52,224 bases of DNA from Parcubacteria group bacterium (lineage in GTDB: Bacteria; Patescibacteriota; JABMPQ01), in the NCBI GenBank assembly GCA_013202585.1, contig JABMPQ010000006.1, positions 1 to 52,224 of the forward strand, given 5' to 3'. Made by a program: the position numbers and the translations under genes. The notes beneath the pieces were generated by a model. The model had not been told where the DNA came from. It ran no database searches and saw only the letters and a list, made by a program, of their open reading frames with translations. Shown piece after piece: positions 46,886 through 52,224 of this stretch. The stretch's first letter is position 1. Every line of letters begins with the position of its first letter.

Positions 46886-48159
46886 AGCTAGGAATTAAGG
46901 GGAAAATATTTTTGCTGATGGCGGCTGTTTTTTTGCTAGCCGGTTTTTTTGTTTTTTCAGGCTCGGCAGTCAAGGCCGAAGAAAACCAAGCTGAAACAGT
47001 AACCGAAGAGGCCGCAACCAACGATGTTACCATCTATTTCTTTTGGCAAGAGGGCTGTCCGCATTGCGAAAAGGAAAATGAGTTCCTCGATAAATTTGGT
47101 CCAGAGCATCCGGAGGTGGAGATCAAGCGCTACGAGCTACGGGGTAGCGCCGACAATCGCCAGCTATTATCCAAACTGAGCTCGGAGCTGGGACTGAAAA
47201 CTTCCTCGGTGCCGGTAACTCTGATTAACAGTATGGTCGTCTATGGCTATATGGATGATGAGGTTACGGGCAAGCAAATCGAGCAGGCCGTCAGCATGTG
47301 TCAGACGCAGGGCTGTGATGATTTAGTCAAAGACATCATTGGTGGAGATGGTAAAGAGGACGTTGCCAAAGTTGAAGTCTCAACTGATATTGAGAATAAG
47401 CAAACTATTCCGGAAAAAATTGATTTGCCGGTGTTCGGTGAAATCGATACTAAATCCATTTCTATTCCGGCGCTCACGATTATTATCGCCGCTATTGATG
47501 GCTTCAATCCTTGCGCGATGTGGGTGCTGCTTTTTCTGATCAGCTTGCTACTCGGCATGAAGAATCGGCGGCGGATGTGGGCGCTCGGTATTGCTTTTAT
47601 CGTCACTTCGGCGGCCAGCTATTTCTTGTTCCTGGCGGCTTGGCTAAATGTATTTCAATTTTTAAGTTTTGTTACTTGGATTCGCGTGGTTATCGGTCTG
47701 ATAGCGGTGGGTAGCGGTCTTTATCATCTCCGTGACTATTGGAAAAATCGAGATCGGGGCTGTGTGGCGGCGGGCGGGGAAAAGCGTAAAAAAGTATTTG
47801 ACAAATTACGTCGATTTTCTAGCAGCGAGAAATTCTGGGTAGCTCTGGGTGGTATTGTCCTGGTAGCTTTCTCGATTAATCTGGTCGAGCTAGTCTGCTC
47901 AGCGGGGTTGCCAGCCATTTACACTAATATCTTAAGCTCGTCGGAGTTGCCGACCTGGCAGTACTATTCCTATTTGTTGCTCTACATTTTCATCTTTATG
48001 CTGGATGATCTAGTTGTCTTCTTTATTGCTATGATTACTCTGAAGGCTGTCGGAATTAGTAAAAAATATAGTCGATTTTCCAGTTTGATTGGCGGGATCG
48101 TGATATTGATTCTCGGTGTTTTACTGCTACTGCGGCCGGACTTGTTGATGTTTGGTTAG
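46882..48159 (+). CDS. Glutaredoxin-like domain fused to DsbD/CcdA-like membrane domain
   Basis: GCPHC; membrane Cys motifs DGFNPCAMW and ELVCSAG. Confidence 0.8.
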   Translation: MKLGIKGKIFLLMAAVFLLAGFFVFSGSAVKAEENQAETVTEEAATNDVTIYFFWQEGCPHCEKENEFLDKFGPEHPEVEIKRYELRGSADNRQLLSKLSSELGLKTSSVPVTLINSMVVYGYMDDEVTGKQIEQAVSMCQTQGCDDLVKDIIGGDGKEDVAKVEVSTDIENKQTIPEKIDLPVFGEIDTKSISIPALTIIIAAIDGFNPCAMWVLLFLISLLLGMKNRRRMWALGIAFIVTSAASYFLFLAAWLNVFQFLSFVTWIRVVIGLIAVGSGLYHLRDYWKNRDRGCVAAGGEKRKKVFDKLRRFSSSEKFWVALGGIVLVAFSINLVELVCSAGLPAIYTNILSSSELPTWQYYSYLLLYIFIFMLDDLVVFFIAMITLKAVGISKKYSRFSSLIGGIVILILGVLLLLRPDLLMFG

Positions 48160-48178
48160 AAAATTAATTTATATTTAT

Positions 48179-48997
48179 ATGCCACTTTCTGAAGCACAAT
48201 CGGAAGAAGAGATCAGCGGAGAAGCTGTAGAGTCTACTGGTGAGGGAGTTGAGGCACCAGCAACTGAGTTGCCAGAGACAGCTGAGGGATTAGATCAGTT
48301 CACCCAGCAACACGTGCAGGAAATTCAGCGCCAAGGCGATGAAGTAGTGGGACGAGGAGAAATTGTTTTGGCGGAAGGGGCGCAAAGACTAGCTGGAGGC
48401 GAAGCAGAATTAACTGGAGAACCGACGGAAGGGGAGGAAATGCCAGCCGAGCTTGCCGTAATTGATCAAGATGTTAATGGATTAACTACTGCGGCTACAT
48501 TTGAAATGAGTGGGATGGTTACTTATGATCCAGGACAACAACAATTTAGAGCAGTCACCGAGAGAGAAATGGCAGAGATGATTGCAGTGGGAGATCTGGT
48601 TAGTGATTTAGTTGAAGAGATGATGGAAACTCACGATGAAGACTCTTTTGACTATGAGGGTATGAAACAAACTTTAGATTTGACTCTTGAGGCTGCCACA
48701 GGGGAGCTTATGACAAAGGGCGCTAATGTTGATTTAATAAGTAGGGAAGCAGATACGCGTCTTCAGATGCTTTGTTTTGATAGAGCTATGGAAAATTTTG
48801 GAAAGATTCCTGGATTCTCTTTAGCTGAGGATGGTGATTTTCAAGCTGCTAAAGAAGGAATTGCAGAACAAACTGGCTTACCAGCTGAATATGTCTCAAG
48901 CGGATTATTTGGGCTAAAAATACAAGAGTTGGCAAGAAGCAACAATCATAATGATGTCATGACAGCCTTTAGAGAAGAAGGTTATGTCGAACAATAA
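48179..48997 (+). CDS. Acidic hypothetical protein with shared N-terminal helical domain
   Basis: Start at MPLSEAQ; N-terminal domain similar to 49204-50427. Confidence 0.65.
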   Translation: MPLSEAQSEEEISGEAVESTGEGVEAPATELPETAEGLDQFTQQHVQEIQRQGDEVVGRGEIVLAEGAQRLAGGEAELTGEPTEGEEMPAELAVIDQDVNGLTTAATFEMSGMVTYDPGQQQFRAVTEREMAEMIAVGDLVSDLVEEMMETHDEDSFDYEGMKQTLDLTLEAATGELMTKGANVDLISREADTRLQMLCFDRAMENFGKIPGFSLAEDGDFQAAKEGIAEQTGLPAEYVSSGLFGLKIQELARSNNHNDVMTAFREEGYVEQ

Positions 48998-49202
48998 AAA
49001 AATGCCTCAAGTAAAAAACAATCTAACTCCTGCAGAAATAAAGCAGAAAGCGGCCGAGATCCAGAATATTTATAATATATATATGGCAGAATTGAAAAAA
49101 CTGAAAGAGAAACAGAACAAAGTTATCGATGAGCATATGAAAAAACTAGAGCAGAAGAAGATAGCGGAAACCAAAGATATCTTAAATAATTTGGATCAAT
49201 AG
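48984..49202 (+). CDS. Small coiled-coil protein
   Basis: 72 aa, heptad-like Lys/Glu/Gln pattern; overlaps or abuts both neighbours. Confidence 0.6.
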   Translation: MSNNKKMPQVKNNLTPAEIKQKAAEIQNIYNIYMAELKKLKEKQNKVIDEHMKKLEQKKIAETKDILNNLDQ

Positions 49203-49203
49203 A

Positions 49204-50427
49204 ATGCCAGCTAGCAATCAAGAATCAGATCCAGCAACATCCCCACCAACCGAAGCAACAGAAGTTGGAGCAACACCAGAAGTTACTTCCGAACAAGAAG
49301 CTCCTGGCCCAGAAACCACTGCTGAACTGGGCGGATTTATTAATAGCCAAGTTGAGGCTGTCCAGGGACAAGCTCAAGAAGCAATCACCAGCAGTGAAGA
49401 AGTATTAACGGAAGGAGCAGCTCGGCTAGGAGAGGAGTCGGCTGGTGAACCTTCTGAATTGGCTGACATTAAAGGAGCAATTACGGGACTGGCCGAACAG
49501 GCAGCCACTGACATTAAGCAGCAGGGAGAAGTAGCAGCCGAAGGTCAATCTTTGGAGGTACCTCGACTACCGACAGTCGGAAAAATTTACGAAATGTATG
49601 GTTATCAACCGCCGCAACGTGAAAAACAAGCTGCTGCTCGACCTCTAGAAGTGAAGTGGAGAGATGAGCAAGTCACAGCGGGAATACAGCAAGCAGCCGA
49701 ACAAATATTAGCTAGCCTAGAACAACAGCAAGATGAATTCATTGAAGTTGCTAGTGGTGATGACCAAGCAGTTTTTCAAGTCTCAACTTGGAAGAGTGTT
49801 AATGACGAAAGGAGATTTGTTGACCTAAAGTTGCAAGAGACCGATGATGGCAAGAAAGTGGCTAATTTTTATTGTTCGGTGCAACCAGAAGAGCAAAGAT
49901 GGGAACTGGCTCATAACTTAGTTGCTAAGGAGCATCGAGGACTGATCGTTGGACCGAGAATGATGGAGATGATGGAGAATTGTGCTAAGGTACAAGCTAA
50001 TCGGACAGGTGAAACTCAAACTATCGTTATTTCGGCTTCCCAAGTTGAGGTAGCTGCGTTTGCTCAAGGCCTGAAATACCAGCCAGAATTAGCGGAGGAC
50101 GCTAGGCGATTGCAGCTGCTAGCAGAAGGTAATAGTGATGAGTTTAAGGTGGTAACTGCTAATGGTTATAATAATCAGGGTGGAGATAGAGAGGGTTGGC
50201 TATTGTCGCTTGAAGAATATAGAGATATGTTCGAACAGGAGTTCACGGAACAATATGAAGGCAGTGAAGAAGATAAAGCAGCAGCCTACACTAAATATGA
50301 GCAGCAGAGATGGCCAGAAATCACTAGTCAGGAAATAAAACAAGCTTTAGGCCATGATCCCTCAGAATTCGAAGGTCGTTGCTATTCCATCAATTTTAAG
50401 AAAAAGATTCCGCCGGATGAAAAATAA
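49204..50427 (+). CDS. Acidic protein with shared N-terminal domain and possible GNAT-like C-terminal domain
   Basis: WELAHNLVAKEHRGLIVGPRMM resembles GNAT motif A. Confidence 0.6.
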   Translation: MPASNQESDPATSPPTEATEVGATPEVTSEQEAPGPETTAELGGFINSQVEAVQGQAQEAITSSEEVLTEGAARLGEESAGEPSELADIKGAITGLAEQAATDIKQQGEVAAEGQSLEVPRLPTVGKIYEMYGYQPPQREKQAAARPLEVKWRDEQVTAGIQQAAEQILASLEQQQDEFIEVASGDDQAVFQVSTWKSVNDERRFVDLKLQETDDGKKVANFYCSVQPEEQRWELAHNLVAKEHRGLIVGPRMMEMMENCAKVQANRTGETQTIVISASQVEVAAFAQGLKYQPELAEDARRLQLLAEGNSDEFKVVTANGYNNQGGDREGWLLSLEEYRDMFEQEFTEQYEGSEEDKAAAYTKYEQQRWPEITSQEIKQALGHDPSEFEGRCYSINFKKKIPPDEK

Positions 50428-50466
50428 CCGACGTAGTTAAGGTGGCTATTTCATAATTTAACATCT

Positions 50467-51021
50467 ATGCTAACTGTTGTTGCAATCGACATCTTTTTTT
50501 ACTATTTTGTACTAATTACAGCTCTCGCGCTCCTTCTCGGCAGTGCTGTTTTTATGTTTTATCGTACTTACGCCATGATCTCGGGTGCGCCTTACGCCGG
50601 GACAAAAAAGGTGCGAGTAGACAAGATGATAGAGCTAGCTGATCTCCAGGATGGACAAAAAGTAGTTGACCTTGGTTCCGGTGATGGTCGCATTCTGATC
50701 GCCGCCGCCAAAGCCGCCAAAGTAAAGTGTGTCGGCTACGAGCTAGATTTTCTAATGTGGCTGTGGTCAATATATAAGGTGAAAAGAGCCGGCTTAAGTG
50801 ATAGAATAAAAATATATCGGCGCAGCTATTGGCCGGCGGATTTGCGTGATTTTGACACCGTATTTTTATTTCTCATTCCCTATAAAATGGGACGGATGGA
50901 AAAGAAATTGCAGAGTGAATTGTGTCCGGGCACGCGAGTAATTTCCCACGGTTTTAAGTTTCCTAATTGGCAACCGGAGAAAAAAGAGGAGAGAATTTTG
51001 GTATATCAGATGACTAGCTAA
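50467..51021 (+). CDS. SAM-dependent methyltransferase with N-terminal TM
   Basis: GAPY, VDLGSGDGR, GYELD. Confidence 0.88.
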   Translation: MLTVVAIDIFFYYFVLITALALLLGSAVFMFYRTYAMISGAPYAGTKKVRVDKMIELADLQDGQKVVDLGSGDGRILIAAAKAAKVKCVGYELDFLMWLWSIYKVKRAGLSDRIKIYRRSYWPADLRDFDTVFLFLIPYKMGRMEKKLQSELCPGTRVISHGFKFPNWQPEKKEERILVYQMTS

Positions 51022-51029
51022 ATATATTC

Positions 51030-52094
51030 ATGTCGGAAAATTCATTCACTAAAGACATTACAGCCTTCAAAAAGCTGTTTGATCAACGGTTACAGAGATT
51101 TTTTGTCCAAAAACAAGCGGAAGCGCAAAAAGTCAGTGGAGAATATGCTGTCTTAGTACGCTATTTAGCAAAATATACTTTGGCGGGTGGTAAACGTTTG
51201 CGACCTTTTTTACTATGTCGCGGTCGGAGAATCGTAGGAGCCAAGAGCAGCGTCAAAGCTAATCAGGCAGGCTTAGCCTTAGAGTTGTTTCATAATTTTG
51301 CTCTCATTCACGATGATATTATGGATGGAGCTGACTCACGACGGGGGCAGCCTACTTTACATCAGCAATTAACTCAATGGCACCAGCAGAAAAAGTGGCG
51401 GGGAGACAGTCAAGAATTTGGTGTAGGAATGGCCATTCTTGGCGGCGATATGTTATTCACCTGGGCAGACGAGCTAATTAACGGCCTAGATAATAAAGCC
51501 GTCTCACGCCTATACCACGAAATGAAAAGCGAGTTGATGATCGGACAAGCCGAAGATATGTTTCTCAGTAAAATTAATAAAACTCCGTCCCGATCGAGAA
51601 TTATCAATACCGCTATTCTAAAATCAGCCCGCTATTCAGTAGAGAAACCTTTACTCTTAGGAGCAGCGGTAGTCGGTCAAGAAAAGAAATTTCACTCGTT
51701 TTTTCAGACGCTAGCTGAGCCATTGGGATTAGCTTTTCAACTGCGCGATGATGTCCTAGGGGTATTTGGCCAGCAGTCGAAAATAGGTAAATCAGTCAGT
51801 AGCGATATCACCGAGGGCAAAATGACTCTTCTGATTCATTATGCCTTGAAATATGGTATTATACCCAAGAAGCTGTTAAGAAAGACTTGGGGTAATGAAA
51901 AAGCAACTAGTCGAGATGTAGCCGAGTTTAAAAAACATTTAAAGCAAAGTCGCGCTGTGACTGAAGTGGAAAAAGAAATTGCTGGTCAACTAGATCGAGC
52001 CGCCAAAGTTATTAAAAATACTAAACTAATCAAAGAAGCGGAGAAAGATATGTTTTTAAGTTTGCTAGAGTTTTTTGCCCAACGAAATTTTTAA
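51030..52094 (+). CDS. Polyprenyl diphosphate synthase (GGPP synthase-like)
   Basis: GGKRLRP, LIHDDIMD, RRG, FQLRDDVLG, DITEGK. Confidence 0.93.
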   Translation: MSENSFTKDITAFKKLFDQRLQRFFVQKQAEAQKVSGEYAVLVRYLAKYTLAGGKRLRPFLLCRGRRIVGAKSSVKANQAGLALELFHNFALIHDDIMDGADSRRGQPTLHQQLTQWHQQKKWRGDSQEFGVGMAILGGDMLFTWADELINGLDNKAVSRLYHEMKSELMIGQAEDMFLSKINKTPSRSRIINTAILKSARYSVEKPLLLGAAVVGQEKKFHSFFQTLAEPLGLAFQLRDDVLGVFGQQSKIGKSVSSDITEGKMTLLIHYALKYGIIPKKLLRKTWGNEKATSRDVAEFKKHLKQSRAVTEVEKEIAGQLDRAAKVIKNTKLIKEAEKDMFLSLLEFFAQRNF

Positions 52095-52114
52095 GCTAAT
52101 TTTTATGAAAAGTT

Positions 52115-52224
52115 TTATTTGCGAAGTGAGTGAGAAAAGAACAAAAACTTGTTTTTGTTCTTTCGAACGAACGAGCAGACAAGAGACGAAGTCTCTTATT
52201 TGCGAAGTCCTGCCTGCCGGCAGG
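52115..52224. repeat. REP-like palindrome cluster, truncated at window end
   Basis: TTATTTGCGAAGT twice (52115, 52196); hairpins AAAGAACAAAAAC/GTTTTTGTTCTTT and AAGAGAC/GTCTCTT; terminal CCTGCCTGCCGGCAGG. Confidence 0.75.

Noticed and set aside
4255-51607. Numerous short antisense and out-of-frame ORFs in the track
   Set aside because: They lie within well-supported plus-strand genes and show no motifs.
1-52224. tRNA, rRNA genes or an integrase-defined prophage
   Set aside because: None recognised by eye; a short tRNA could have been missed without tRNAscan.

Overview
Bacterial chromosomal segment with nearly all real genes on the + strand. Gene content and intergenic repeats suggest a Patescibacteria/CPR-like genome; that assignment is inference. 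The window starts in the 3' end of an IS30-family transposase and ends in a REP-like palindrome cluster. Kb 2-25 hold a complete de novo pyrimidine pathway (carA, carB, pyrB, pyrI, pyrC, pyrD, pyrK, pyrE, pyrF) interrupted by inserts. One insert is a three-gene module with a caspase/gingipain-like His-Cys protease, followed by an AT-rich island with a PIN protein. Another is a T-box riboswitch with an Arg (CGA) specifier, leading a SerK/SbnI-like kinase gene plus argG-, argH- and argF-like genes. The ArgG and ArgH homologues have both lost canonical aspartate/fumarate-site residues, which suggests an arginine route with a non-aspartate nitrogen donor; this is the top finding. The second half is accessory: myxobacteria-like lipoproteins, MscS, a PIF1-WYL helicase, a RadC-MTase/AlwI-type restriction-modification system, a putative split defence pair, a DUF2779 nuclease, Bro-N and RhuM genes with in-frame palindromes plus orphan copies, a heliorhodopsin, a thioredoxin/DsbD-like pair, two proteins sharing an N-terminal domain, and a polyprenyl synthase. 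All calls come from reading motifs by eye; no searches were run.
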